Shown piece by piece: positions 17,772-27,583 of a stretch of DNA of 30,472 nt (positions are counted from its first letter, which is position 1; each line of letters starts with the position of its first letter). The stretch comes from an uncultured Actinomycetes bacterium (GTDB lineage: Bacteria > Actinomycetota > Thermoleophilia > RBG-16-64-13). Location: assembly GCA_963706025.1 (NCBI GenBank), contig CAVPLM010000012.1:1-30472 (forward strand), written 5' to 3'. Position numbers and translations under genes: made by a program. The notes beneath the pieces were generated by a model that saw only the letters and a program-made list of their open reading frames with translations, was not told where the DNA came from and searched no databases.

Positions 17772-18539
17772 CTATGCCTCGAAATGTGGTTCTCTTTTGT
17801 CCAGAAAAGCACCGCAACCCTCGCGAGGTTCTTCGGTGGAGAACATCAGAGCATACAGACCTGACTCCAGGTGAAGGGCTTTCTCCAGATCCATATCCTG
17901 GCCGCGGTTCACGGCCTCTTTGCTGAGTCTCACGGCCTGGGTTCCTCTGCCGGCGATCCTTTGGGCCATGTCTAGGCAGTAGGCCAGCAGTTCGTCCGCC
18001 GGGACCACTTTGTTGACCAAACCCATCTTGCACGCCGATTCGGCATCGTACTGATCCCCGGTGAATAGGATCTCCTTGGCTCTGCCCGGGCCGACCAACC
18101 TGGTCAGTCTCTGTGTCCCCCCAAACCCGGCGATCATGCCCAATTTGACCTCAGGCTGTCCGAATACCGCCCGATCGGAGGCCACCCTGATGTCGCAGGC
18201 CATGGCCAGCTCATTGCCTCCGCCGAGGGCGTAGCCGTTCACCGCTGCGATGACCGGCTTCTTCAGGTTCTCGAGCCTGCTGAGCGTTCTGTGACCCAGG
18301 TCCGACCACTCCTTCGCCCGCTGGGGAGAGAACCCGCTCATATGGACGATATCTCCCCCGGCGACGAAAGCCTTACCCGTACCCGTGATGACCAGCACCC
18401 GTACCTCGTCATCGCTTTCGACCTGCGCGATGGCCTCGGAAAGCTCACCAAGCATGGCGACGTTCAGGGCGTTGAGTGCTTCGGGCCGGTTGATGGTAAG
18501 GAGCGCGACTCCATCATGCTTCTGTAGATCGACGTACAT
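17772..18539 (-). CDS. crt: Enoyl-CoA hydratase (crotonase)
   Basis: INRPEALNALN, AFVAGGDI, ALGGGNELAMACD, FGQPEVKLG (both catalytic Glu), GGTQRL. Confidence 0.9.
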   Translation of the reverse strand: MYVDLQKHDGVALLTINRPEALNALNVAMLGELSEAIAQVESDDEVRVLVITGTGKAFVAGGDIVHMSGFSPQRAKEWSDLGHRTLSRLENLKKPVIAAVNGYALGGGNELAMACDIRVASDRAVFGQPEVKLGMIAGFGGTQRLTRLVGPGRAKEILFTGDQYDAESACKMGLVNKVVPADELLAYCLDMAQRIAGRGTQAVRLSKEAVNRGQDMDLEKALHLESGLYALMFSTEEPREGCGAFLDKREPHFEA

Positions 18540-18638
18540 ACCGACTCACCAACCTCTCGTGTGCTCGACCGCCCCGGAGATGCCGCAGACGAAGTAGAAT
18601 ACCTCGCACGCACGATACGACACAGTAGGAAGAACCGC

Positions 18639-19190
18639 ATGATCGAGATACGATGGCACGGCAGGGGCGGACAGGGTGCGATCACCGCGGCGAAGATATT
18701 CGCCACGGCGGCATTCCAGTCTGGATACACCGGGGTGGTCATGGCCCCGACCTTTGGTACCGAACGGCGCGGCGCCCCGGTTTTCACCTCCCTCAAGATA
18801 GCCAGGGAAAAGATATACGACGTCTCCCCGATCGAGACCCCCGATATCGTGGTCGTCCTCGACCATCTTCTGCTGGCCGAGGTAGAGGTGGCCAATGGGC
18901 TCAAGGACGGCGGGCTCATCGTCCTGAACACCCCCAAACCCCTTGCGGCCTATGACTTCGGCGGCATGCGGCTGGCCGTGGCCGATGTCACGGCCCTGTC
19001 CGTGGAGGCGGGGCTGCGGCAGGGCATGGTGAACTCCGGTATCATCGGGGCCCTGTGCCGGGCGGTCGACCTCGTACCGTTCGATCTGGTCCTCGCGGAG
19101 ATCGAGGCCGAATTCAAGGACAAGAAACCGCAGGCCAACGCGCAGGCGGCCAGGCTCGCGTACGAGAAGACCATCGTGAGAGGCGCATGA
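18639..19190 (+). CDS. porC: Pyruvate/2-oxoacid:ferredoxin oxidoreductase gamma subunit
   Basis: EIRWHGRGGQGAITA, FGTERRGAPV. Confidence 0.9.
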   Translation: MIEIRWHGRGGQGAITAAKIFATAAFQSGYTGVVMAPTFGTERRGAPVFTSLKIAREKIYDVSPIETPDIVVVLDHLLLAEVEVANGLKDGGLIVLNTPKPLAAYDFGGMRLAVADVTALSVEAGLRQGMVNSGIIGALCRAVDLVPFDLVLAEIEAEFKDKKPQANAQAARLAYEKTIVRGA

Positions 19191-19537
19191 TGGGAACCAG
19201 GGGATATCGTTACAAGACATCACACAGCGAGTCCGGTCCGGGCGACGGCGGTAGGACGGGGTCCTGGCGCGTCCAGCGTCCGGTCCTCAACACCGAGCTC
19301 TGCACCCCGGCCCGGCGCGGCACCGAGGCCTGCTTCATCTGCTGGCTCTACTGCCCCGACTGTGTGATCTCGCGAACCATCCCGCCCACTATCGACTACG
19401 AGTACTGCAAGGGCTGCGCGATCTGCGCCGAGGAGTGCCCCACCAAGGCCATCACCATGGTGGACGAAGCCGACCGGCCCGCGGACGACGAGGAACCGAC
19501 GGCATGCTCATACGAGGGACCGAGGCCATGCACATAA
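19187..19537 (+). CDS. porD: 2-oxoacid:ferredoxin oxidoreductase delta subunit (2x[4Fe-4S])
   Basis: TGSWRVQRPV, CFICWLYCPD, IDYEYCKGCAICAEECP. Confidence 0.9.
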   Translation: MMGTRGYRYKTSHSESGPGDGGRTGSWRVQRPVLNTELCTPARRGTEACFICWLYCPDCVISRTIPPTIDYEYCKGCAICAEECPTKAITMVDEADRPADDEEPTACSYEGPRPCT

Positions 19538-20727
19538 TCGAGAATGGCAACGTCGCGGCGGCCCTGGGGGTCAAACTGGCCGGAGCCCAGGTGATCGCGG
19601 CCTATCCCATCACCCCGCAGACCCCCCTCACAGAGAAGCTCTCCGAGCTCATCGAGGCCGGCGAGATGCAGGCCCAGTACGTCCCGGTGGAGAGCGAGCA
19701 CTCCGCCTTGGCGGCCTGCATCGCCGCGAGCTCGACGGGCGCGCGGGCGTTCACGGCCACGAGCGCCAACGGGCTGCTCTACATGCATGAGCAGATCCAC
19801 TGGGCCGCGGGCGCCCGGTTACCCATCGTCATGTGCGTGGTGAACCGGGCCGTGGGTGCTCCCTGGTGCATCTGGAACGACCAGCAGGATTCCATCTCGC
19901 AGCGCGACACGGGCTGGATCCAGATGTATGCCTGCGACCACCAGCAGATCATCGACGGCGTCCTCAAGGCCTTCTCCCTCGCCGAGGCCACCAGCATCCC
20001 GGTCATGGTCTGCTATGACGGCTTCCTGCTCTCGCACACCTATATGCCCTTTGTCGTGCCCGAAGAGGAGAAGGTCGCGCGCTTCTTGAAACCCTTCAAA
20101 CCGGCCTATGCCCTGGACCCGGATAATCCGGCCAACCTCAACACCGTCACCCTGCCCGATATACGCATGGACGTCACGGGCGAGATGGCCCATGGGTATA
20201 TGGAGATCCGCTATCTGCTCCAGGAAGACCTGAGAGCCGCCCTGACAGTCGCCCAGCAGACCGAGGACGCATTCAAGGAGATCTTCGGGCGGGGCGGAAA
20301 CGCCCTCGTGGAACCCTATCGCTGCGACGATGCCGAGTACATCGTGGTCGGCCTGGGTTCGCTGACCTACCAGCTGCGAGATGTCGTGGAGATCCTGCGG
20401 GGCGAAGGGCTCAAGCTGGGCGTGCTCGGAGTCAGGCTCTACCGGCCGTTCCCCGATCAGGCCCTGGCCGAGGCCCTGCAGCATGCACGCGGGGTGATCG
20501 TCATCGAAAAGGCGCTGTCCTACGGCTACGAAGGCGCGCTTTGCTCGGATATCAAGGCCGCCCTGTATGAGCATATCCAAGACAGAAGCCGGGCCCCCTT
20601 CGTCAAGGGCATGATCGCCGGCATCGGGGGCCGCGACATCAGGACCCCCGACCTGACCGCCACTCTGCGCGCCGCCATCGCCGGCACGCCCGAAGAAGGT
20701 CCCGACTGGATCGGGATCAAGCTCTAA
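19528..20727 (+). CDS. porA: 2-oxoacid:ferredoxin oxidoreductase alpha subunit
   Basis: AYPITPQT, VESEHSA, TATSANGL, NRAVGAPW, RLYRPFP, GIGGRDI. Confidence 0.92.
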   Translation: MHIIENGNVAAALGVKLAGAQVIAAYPITPQTPLTEKLSELIEAGEMQAQYVPVESEHSALAACIAASSTGARAFTATSANGLLYMHEQIHWAAGARLPIVMCVVNRAVGAPWCIWNDQQDSISQRDTGWIQMYACDHQQIIDGVLKAFSLAEATSIPVMVCYDGFLLSHTYMPFVVPEEEKVARFLKPFKPAYALDPDNPANLNTVTLPDIRMDVTGEMAHGYMEIRYLLQEDLRAALTVAQQTEDAFKEIFGRGGNALVEPYRCDDAEYIVVGLGSLTYQLRDVVEILRGEGLKLGVLGVRLYRPFPDQALAEALQHARGVIVIEKALSYGYEGALCSDIKAALYEHIQDRSRAPFVKGMIAGIGGRDIRTPDLTATLRAAIAGTPEEGPDWIGIKL

Positions 20728-20740
20728 GGAGCGCCTGCTA

Positions 20741-21640
20741 ATGCCCACCAAGACCACGATACTCACGCTGCCCAAAGAAGAACTCGTCCACCCGGGTAAT
20801 CGGGCCTGCACGGGCTGCGGTCTGAGCATCGCCTACCGCATCGGGCTCAAGGCCCTGGGGCCGGATACCATCCTCATCGTGCCGCCCAGCTGTCTGACCG
20901 TACTGCAGGGACTCTTCCCCGTCGCCTCCACCAAGCTGCCCTGTCTGAACGTGACCTTCGCGTCCACCGCGGCGGCGGCCACCGGTGTGCTGGAGGCGCT
21001 CAAGGCCCAGAACAAGGAACACATCAAGGTCGTCGGCTGGGCCGGCGACGGCGGTACGGCGGACATCGGCATCCAGGCGCTGTCCGGGGCGGCCGAGCGC
21101 GGGGATGACTTCATCTTCCTGTGCTACGACAACGAAGGTTACATGAACACCGGGGTGCAGCGTTCGGGCACCACGCCGCAGTGGGCCTTGACCGCCAATA
21201 CGCCCATCAAGGGAAAGCTGCAGCAGAAGAAGGATATTCCCGCCATCATGGCCGCGCACGGCATCGACTACGTGGCCACGGCCTCGGCGGCCTACCCGTT
21301 AGACCTCTACGACAAGATCGGGAAGGCTATCTCCATCCGGGGGACCAAGTACATCCATATCCACACACCCTGTCCGCCGGGGTGGGGTTTCGAACCGCGC
21401 TATTCCATCAAAGTCGGCCGGCTTGCTGTGGAAACCGGATACTTCGATCTCTACGAGGTCGATCATGGCGCGTTCAGGCTGACCGGCGCTTCAGAGAAGC
21501 TCCTGGAAAAACGACAGCTTGTCCCGGTGCGGGACTATCTGAAGACCCAGTCGCGCTTCAAGATCCTCACGGAGGAGCAGATCGCCGAGATCCAGGCCCG
21601 GGTCGACGCCAAATGGAGCACGTACTACCAGGGGGCGTAG
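20741..21640 (+). CDS. porB: 2-oxoacid:ferredoxin oxidoreductase beta subunit (ThDP-binding)
   Basis: ACTGCG, AGDGGTADIG, YDNEGYMNTGVQRS, PCPPGW. Confidence 0.92.
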   Translation: MPTKTTILTLPKEELVHPGNRACTGCGLSIAYRIGLKALGPDTILIVPPSCLTVLQGLFPVASTKLPCLNVTFASTAAAATGVLEALKAQNKEHIKVVGWAGDGGTADIGIQALSGAAERGDDFIFLCYDNEGYMNTGVQRSGTTPQWALTANTPIKGKLQQKKDIPAIMAAHGIDYVATASAAYPLDLYDKIGKAISIRGTKYIHIHTPCPPGWGFEPRYSIKVGRLAVETGYFDLYEVDHGAFRLTGASEKLLEKRQLVPVRDYLKTQSRFKILTEEQIAEIQARVDAKWSTYYQGA

Positions 21641-21915
21641 GGGTCCGCCTCGAGCACTGCAGAGTACTGCAAAGCTCGCGGCAAACCCCTACGCCCCCTT
21701 GGTCATGAGGTGTGAGTCGCGGCAGCCCCGCCGTTGCCGGCGACTAGACGGCCGCCGCGAGCACTGCAGAGTACTGCAAAGCTCGCGACAGACCCCCACG
21801 CCCCCTTGGTCACGAGGTGTGAGTCGCGGCAGCCCCTAGCCGAAGTGCCGCCGAGGGGGAGAGCGAAGCTTTGCGTACCCGCAGTGCTTCGCGGAGACCC
21901 CTATGCCCCCTCGGC
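21630..21915. repeat. Cluster of REP-like palindromic repeats between convergent genes
   Basis: 79-bp direct repeat at 21651-21729 and 21758-21836 (4 mismatches, 107-bp period). Large hairpin AGGGGGCGTAGGGGT...ACCCCTACGCCCCCT at 21630-21699. Diverged inverted third copy at ~21851-21915. Confidence 0.85.
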
Positions 21916-21917
21916 CA

Positions 21918-22898
21918 CTAAGCGAGCGCCTGCAGCAGGTGCTCGTGATCCAGGTTTCCTCCGGACATGACGAGGGCCACGTTCTTGCCGGCCAGCCGGT
22001 CTTTGATCTGGAGTGCAGCCGCGATGGATGCGGCCCCGGCCCCTTCAGCCAGATTGTGTGTGACCTGTAGGGCCAGCCGGATACCCTCCAGTATCTCCTC
22101 TTCGCTCAGCAGCACCACGTCCGCGATGTGGTCCTTCATGATCGCGTAGGGGAGCTGGAAGACGCTCCGTGCCGCCAGACCGTCGGCCACGGTCTCGGCC
22201 CCCTCGATGGTGACCCGCTCGCCCTTCTTCCAGGAGTCATGGAAGGCTGCCGCCCGTTCGGCCTGCACCCCGATGATCTCCACCCTCGGGTTGATGGCCT
22301 GGGCCACCTTGATCAGCGAGGCGCAACCCGAACCGCCGCCGATAGGACAGATGATGACGTCCACCTCCGGGAGGTCCTCGAAGATCTCGAGCCCCATGGT
22401 GCCAAGACCGTTGAGGATCTCGGGTTCATTGCCCTGTTCGACGTAGTAGTACCCGGCGCTGTCGACCAGTTCGTCGCAGTAGGATTGGGCATCGTAGAAG
22501 TCATGCCCATGCACGATGAGGTCGGCCCCAAAACTCTCGACGATGCGGTTGATCTCGGGATTGTTGTGCTCCGGGACGACCACGGTGCAGGGCACATGGA
22601 ACCACCGGCCGGCCCAGGCCATGGCGAGGCCGTGGTTGCCGCGCGTGGCGACCAGCACGCCGCTCTCCAGTTCCTCTGTGGACATGTGGTGGAAGAAGTT
22701 GAGGGCGCCGCGGATCTTGAACGAACCGGTGGGGTTGTGGTTCTCGTGTTTGATGAAGACCTCGCAGCCGGCCAGGCGGGAGAGCTCCGAATAGTAAGTC
22801 AGATTCGTCCGGTTCAGGTAGCGGCTGATGACCGCCCTGGCCTTGATGACACCTATCAGATTGACCTCAGCGCTGAGCGCTTCATAATTCCTCAACAC
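21918..22898 (-). CDS. PLP-dependent serine/threonine dehydratase (fold type II, no ACT domain)
   Basis: KHENHNPTGSFKIRGA (PLP Lys), ATRGNHG, PIGGGSG, TVADGLA, SGGN; GGAGGAGG RBS. Confidence 0.88.
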   Translation of the reverse strand: MLRNYEALSAEVNLIGVIKARAVISRYLNRTNLTYYSELSRLAGCEVFIKHENHNPTGSFKIRGALNFFHHMSTEELESGVLVATRGNHGLAMAWAGRWFHVPCTVVVPEHNNPEINRIVESFGADLIVHGHDFYDAQSYCDELVDSAGYYYVEQGNEPEILNGLGTMGLEIFEDLPEVDVIICPIGGGSGCASLIKVAQAINPRVEIIGVQAERAAAFHDSWKKGERVTIEGAETVADGLAARSVFQLPYAIMKDHIADVVLLSEEEILEGIRLALQVTHNLAEGAGAASIAAALQIKDRLAGKNVALVMSGGNLDHEHLLQALA

Positions 22899-22957
22899 CC
22901 ACCTCCTCCACCGTATCGTGGGCCTCCTCCTGCCGATCGAAGCGTCATCTCCACCGT

Positions 22958-23548
22958 CTAGAACGAGAAGCCTTCGGGTAGCGAACCGACTTTCGTGCCC
23001 GCGGGAACCCAGGAGAGATCCAGGATCGTATAGGTCGGATTGAATATCTTGAAGACCGGCAGCACCCGCATCCCGATCTGGGGCTCGCCTAGTAGAAGAT
23101 AGCTGAACAGAATGGTAGGCACGTTCTCGAATTCGACATTGATGAACTTGATCGGCTTGTCAAGCACGCTGAACGCACCCGATCTCTCGCAGACCATGAA
23201 CGTGTGAATGGTGGCCGTTTCCTTGGCAAGGTCGGTCATGTCGATGACCGTGCACTTCGAGAGACAATCCGGGCAATGGATCCTGAACGGCTGGAACACC
23301 GAACCGTTGGCTTCGCAGGCCGGGTTCTCGCACTTGGTAGCCATCAGCTTACCTTGTGAGAGCGATTCAAAGAATATCGCCTCGCCCCCATAGGAATGGA
23401 CATACGTCATATCCCTGGGCTTCGTGACGCCCATAAGCTTCCAGCCATGATCAGCATCCCTGATGGGCATATTCTGCTCGAGGCGATGGAAGTCACCCCT
23501 GAACCTGTACTTGTTGTCTTTTACCTGGACCCGTCCGTATGAACTCAT
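22958..23548 (-). CDS. Zn-ribbon/OB-fold (DUF35-type) thiolase partner protein
   Basis: FFESLSQGKLMATKC...C...HCPDC Zn ribbon followed by an OB fold ending IGMRVLPVF; directly downstream of the thiolase. Confidence 0.85.
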   Translation of the reverse strand: MSSYGRVQVKDNKYRFRGDFHRLEQNMPIRDADHGWKLMGVTKPRDMTYVHSYGGEAIFFESLSQGKLMATKCENPACEANGSVFQPFRIHCPDCLSKCTVIDMTDLAKETATIHTFMVCERSGAFSVLDKPIKFINVEFENVPTILFSYLLLGEPQIGMRVLPVFKIFNPTYTILDLSWVPAGTKVGSLPEGFSF

Positions 23549-23560
23549 TGTCGGCCTCTC

Positions 23561-24997
23561 TCACGCGTCTTTCTTCAACAGATGATCGGGGTCCATGAGG
23601 ATGGTCGCCGTCACGTGCGACCCCACGCCGGCGTGGCTCACGGAAAGGGCCCTCTTGGCATCCTTCACCTGCAGGTCGGTCCAGTCCGCGGGCTTCACCC
23701 TGCCGAATTCCTTCCACCGGTTCGCGTCGCCATGTATCTCGGCCCACCGGCCCCAAAGATGCGTCGCTATCTCAAAGACCTGCATGATGCCACTGGCGCC
23801 GACCGCATGCATGCAGCCCAGCAACCCGCCGGAGAGGTTTGACGGGAGCTTGCCCGGCTTTCCTGTGTGCGGGTTGACGTGATAGCAGTCGCCGGACTCG
23901 ACATAGTCACGTCCGTGGCCATATGGTCTGATGCCGACGTCCTCGTACGTCTGCACGTCGCTGATCGTGAAAGCGTCATGCAGTTCGATGACGTCAAAAT
24001 CCTCTGTGGGATCGACGACGCCTGTCATATGGTAGGCATAGTAGGCCGCCATCCTTGCAGCGAGGAAACCGGTGAAACCCGGATAGCGCTCGCCCCCGGG
24101 GAATTCCTTGCCCAAGTTCTTGTACTGATCGGCCGTTTCATTGGGAAGCAAGGGTATGGCCATGTCGCGTCTGTCCGCGGGGCGCAGGGTATGCGAACCG
24201 GCGGTCACCCAGATTCTAAGCGGCTTGTTCTTGCTGTCCTTGGTCAACTCGGCCGCCGTGTCCTCGTCGCAGAGGATCGCGCATGCGGCCCCCGTGCTCA
24301 TCAGGCACGCATCCAGAGCCCGCAGGGGGTCGGCGATCACGGGCGACATCAGAACGTCGTCGACGGTGATCTTCATGCCGCTCTGCGCGAAAGGGTTGAA
24401 CCGGGCGTAGCCGTGGTGTTTCACGGAGATCTCGGCAAGAGTGCGCCGGAACGAAGCCTCGGCCTTGCCGAACACCTGCCAGTATTTCTGGGCCATGACC
24501 GCGTAGTAGCCCGTGTATATGTGGCCCAGGGGAGACTCCCAGTCCCTGTCGGCCGCGCACGAGATCAGGAAGTTGCCCTCGTCGGTGGGGACTTCATCCA
24601 TCCGTTCCCATCCCATGGCGAGAACGCAGTCCGAATACCCGGATGCCACCGCCTTCGCGGCTTCCCAGAGGGTCGAGCCGCCCGTTGCCCCGCCGGACTT
24701 TATTCCGATGTTGCCCAGAGGATCCAACCCAAGCCGGTCGTGGATCACCGCCTCACCAAGAAGCTGATCCCCGAAGTGGTCTGCAAAATGCCCGTAGTAG
24801 CAGGAATGTATGTATTGCTTGAGTTCTGCCGGAGTAAGGTCGAGCAGCTCCGCCGCCATGGTCAGGGCGTCGACGCACAATTCTTCGGTTCTCTTGTCCG
24901 GAATCGCCCTGTCGTATTTCGACTGACCGGCGGTCACCAGATACACCGGCCGCAAAAACTTGGGCGCTTTGAGTTGTTGCTGGCTGAACTTGATCAT
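23561..24997 (-). CDS. SCP2/archaeal-type thiolase-family protein lacking the canonical nucleophilic Cys
   Basis: SGGATGG at the CxS position, NPFAQ, DACLMSTGAAC, ELHDAF, NLSGGLLGCMHAVGASG. ATG at 24997 with AGAGGGG RBS. Confidence 0.85.
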   Translation of the reverse strand: MIKFSQQQLKAPKFLRPVYLVTAGQSKYDRAIPDKRTEELCVDALTMAAELLDLTPAELKQYIHSCYYGHFADHFGDQLLGEAVIHDRLGLDPLGNIGIKSGGATGGSTLWEAAKAVASGYSDCVLAMGWERMDEVPTDEGNFLISCAADRDWESPLGHIYTGYYAVMAQKYWQVFGKAEASFRRTLAEISVKHHGYARFNPFAQSGMKITVDDVLMSPVIADPLRALDACLMSTGAACAILCDEDTAAELTKDSKNKPLRIWVTAGSHTLRPADRRDMAIPLLPNETADQYKNLGKEFPGGERYPGFTGFLAARMAAYYAYHMTGVVDPTEDFDVIELHDAFTISDVQTYEDVGIRPYGHGRDYVESGDCYHVNPHTGKPGKLPSNLSGGLLGCMHAVGASGIMQVFEIATHLWGRWAEIHGDANRWKEFGRVKPADWTDLQVKDAKRALSVSHAGVGSHVTATILMDPDHLLKKDA

Positions 24998-25134
24998 CTG
25001 TCCCCTCTTGTGCCGGATAGTACGTGCACGAGCTGAACCCATCCCTAGGTCAGTGTCCTATGATAGTGCGAGAGTCGACCCTTGTGTAAGTGCCGGGGGC
25101 TGTAGAGGAATCGAGGCGTTAGAGGAGGAGCAGC

Positions 25135-26103
25135 ATGCAGGCCATCAGAGTGCACCGGTGTGGCGGGCCTGAGGTCCTGGTCCTCGACACCCTCCCGACG
25201 CCGGAGCCCGGCCCGGGGGAGGCCCTCGTCCGGGTCTCGGCGGTGGGCGTCAACTTCATCGAGATCTACCACCGAACCGGGCACTACGCCCTTCCACTTC
25301 CCATAGCCATGGGGGGAGAGGGGGCAGGGGTCGTCGAGCGACTGGGACCGGGTGATTCGCCCGTGGCCGTGGGCGACCGTGTCGCCTGGGTGGGTGGCCA
25401 AGGAGCGTACGCCACCGAGGCGATCGTCTCTGCCGACCGGCTCGTCCCCTTACCCCCGGGTGTCGATGAACGTCTCGCCGCGGCCGTGATTCTGCAGGGC
25501 CTCACCGCCCACTACCTCACCCGCTCCTCGTACGAGCTCAAGCCGGGAGACACCTGCCTCGTGCACGCCGCGGCCGGCGGAGTGGGGCAGTTGCTCTGCC
25601 AGATGGCGAGACTCGCCGGGGCCCGGGTCATCGGGACGGTCTCCACGGAAGAAAAGGCCTCCCTCGCCAAGGCCGCGGGGGCCGACGAGACGATCAACTA
25701 CGAAGAAGAGGACTTCGTGCAACGGGTAAAGACGCTCACCGGAGGGGTGGGCGTCCAGGTAGTGTACGACGGAGTGGGCCAGAAGACGTTCAGCCGGGGG
25801 CTCGATTGCCTCGTGCCCCGGGGATACATGATCCTTTTCGGCGGCGCAAGTGGACCGGTCGCGCCCTTCGATCCCCTCATCTTGTTCCACAAAGGCAGCC
25901 TCTATCTGCAAAGACCGACTCTCTGGGACTTCATCCGGACCCGAGACGAGCTCATGGCGCGGGCGACGGAGATGTTCGGCTGGGTGGAGTCCGGCAAGCT
26001 GAAGGTGACCGTGGCGGCAACCTTCCCCTTGTCCGAGGCACCCGAGGCACACCGGCTGCTGGCCTCCCGGAAGGCTGCCGGCAAGATCTTGCTCATCCCC
26101 TGA
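25135..26103 (+). CDS. qor: NADPH:quinone oxidoreductase (zeta-crystallin/Qor type MDR)
   Basis: GVNFIEIYHRTG, LQGLTAHYL, HAAAGGVG, VYDGVG, GSLYLQRPTL. Confidence 0.9.
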   Translation: MQAIRVHRCGGPEVLVLDTLPTPEPGPGEALVRVSAVGVNFIEIYHRTGHYALPLPIAMGGEGAGVVERLGPGDSPVAVGDRVAWVGGQGAYATEAIVSADRLVPLPPGVDERLAAAVILQGLTAHYLTRSSYELKPGDTCLVHAAAGGVGQLLCQMARLAGARVIGTVSTEEKASLAKAAGADETINYEEEDFVQRVKTLTGGVGVQVVYDGVGQKTFSRGLDCLVPRGYMILFGGASGPVAPFDPLILFHKGSLYLQRPTLWDFIRTRDELMARATEMFGWVESGKLKVTVAATFPLSEAPEAHRLLASRKAAGKILLIP

Positions 26104-26126
26104 ATTCTGGTGCGACGAAGGGCGCA

Positions 26127-27583
26127 ATGATGGAAGAGGAGTTAGCTGAGGCAGCCTGCAACCTCGGGTGGGATGACGTTCCCCAGGAGGTGCGCGCCTC
26201 CATTCGCGATCTGTTCGTGGATTGGCTCGGTTCGGCCTTCGCGGGAACGCGCTCCGACCCGGTGCAAGCCCTCTTGGCCGCCGGACATGATCTGGCCGTG
26301 CAGTCAGCCGCCCCATCGGGGAACGGAGCTACTGTGCTGCCGACGCTGGCCACTGCCAACCCGCTTTGGGCGGCGCTGGTCAACGGGGCATCAAGCCACG
26401 TTGTCGAGATGGACGACCTGCATAACGCCTCGATATATCATCCGGGCAGCTGCGTCTTCCCTGCCGCGCTGGCCGTGGCCGAAGCGAACGGCCGTTCCGG
26501 CAGCGACTTTCTTCTCGCAGCCCTTGTGGGCTACGAGGTCTCTCTAAGGATCGGCGAAGCTCTGGGGCGCGAGCACTATGTGTTCTTCCACACGACTGGA
26601 ACGGTGGGTACGTTTGGTGCGGCCCTGGCTGCGGCCAAGCTCCTGAGGCTGCCCAAGGCTCAGACTCTATGGGCCATGGGCAACGCCGGCTCGCAAGCGG
26701 CGGGTCTTTGGGAGTTCCTCGCGGATGGTGCGATGACGAAGCAACTCCACCCGGGCAAGGCGGCGCTCAACGGCGTCCTTGCCGCCTACGCCGCCCGTCG
26801 TGGCTTCTCCGGACCTGCACACATCATCTCCGGCAAGCGAGGCATGCTGCGAGCTATGACGGCGGCGGGTGCACTGGAGATGGGGACTTTCGATCCGGAG
26901 GATCGGGCGAGAACCGCTTGGAGGCTACGCTTCTGGAAGGGGTCGAAAAGGGGGAGGGATCAGAGGCGGTCTTCACCCGATTCAAGTCCCCAGAGGTCTC
27001 TCTGAAGTACCATGCCTCCTGCCGGCACACGCATCCCGCGGTCGACGCGCTCCTCGAGGTGATGGCGAAAAGCAGGATCCCTGTGGAAGAGATCTCTCTG
27101 ATCCGTGCGCATGTCTACACTGTCGCCTATGATCGACTCAACGATACCGAGGTGTCGAGCCCGTGGTCGGCGAAATTCAGCTTTCCTTACTGTCTGGCTC
27201 GGGCGGCACAGCTCGGCAGTCTGGGAATAGGGGCGTTCACTCCAGAGTCGCTGGAGGATCCCGCACTGGCCGGCCTTATGGGCATAGTTGACGTGCAGGT
27301 CGACCCCGAGCTTGACAGGCTCTATCCCGGGTGCTGGAGCTCCTGGGTCGAGGTCGAGACCAAGGACGGCGTGGTGCATACGGGACGTGTTGAAATCCCC
27401 AAGGGAGATCCTGATAACCCTCTCACGGCACACGAATTGAGAGAGAAGTTCCTCGAACTCACCCGATCCGCCGAAACGCTTACGGAGCAGGGCGCCCGGG
27501 AGCTACTGACCAGGTGCTATGAGGTCGAATCGCTGAGCGACATGAGTCTACTGTTCACCGGCCTTGAACGCGGCAGCAAATGA
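26127..27583 (+). CDS. MmgE/PrpD family protein; frameshift near 26870-26910
   Basis: NGASSHVVEMDDLH...HPG, FHTTGTVG, KQLHPGKAA in one frame; SLKYHASCRHTH, AKFSFPY, PKGDPDNPL in the other. Confidence 0.88.

Noticed and set aside
21651-21836. Possible CRISPR array
   Set aside because: Only two 79-bp units with one 28-nt gap; the repeat is too long and there are no cas genes.
1545-26910. Programmed ribosomal frameshifting or phase variation at the six frame breaks
   Set aside because: No shared slippery heptamer or long homopolymer, mixed directions, and unrelated gene types. Sequencing indels are the simpler explanation.
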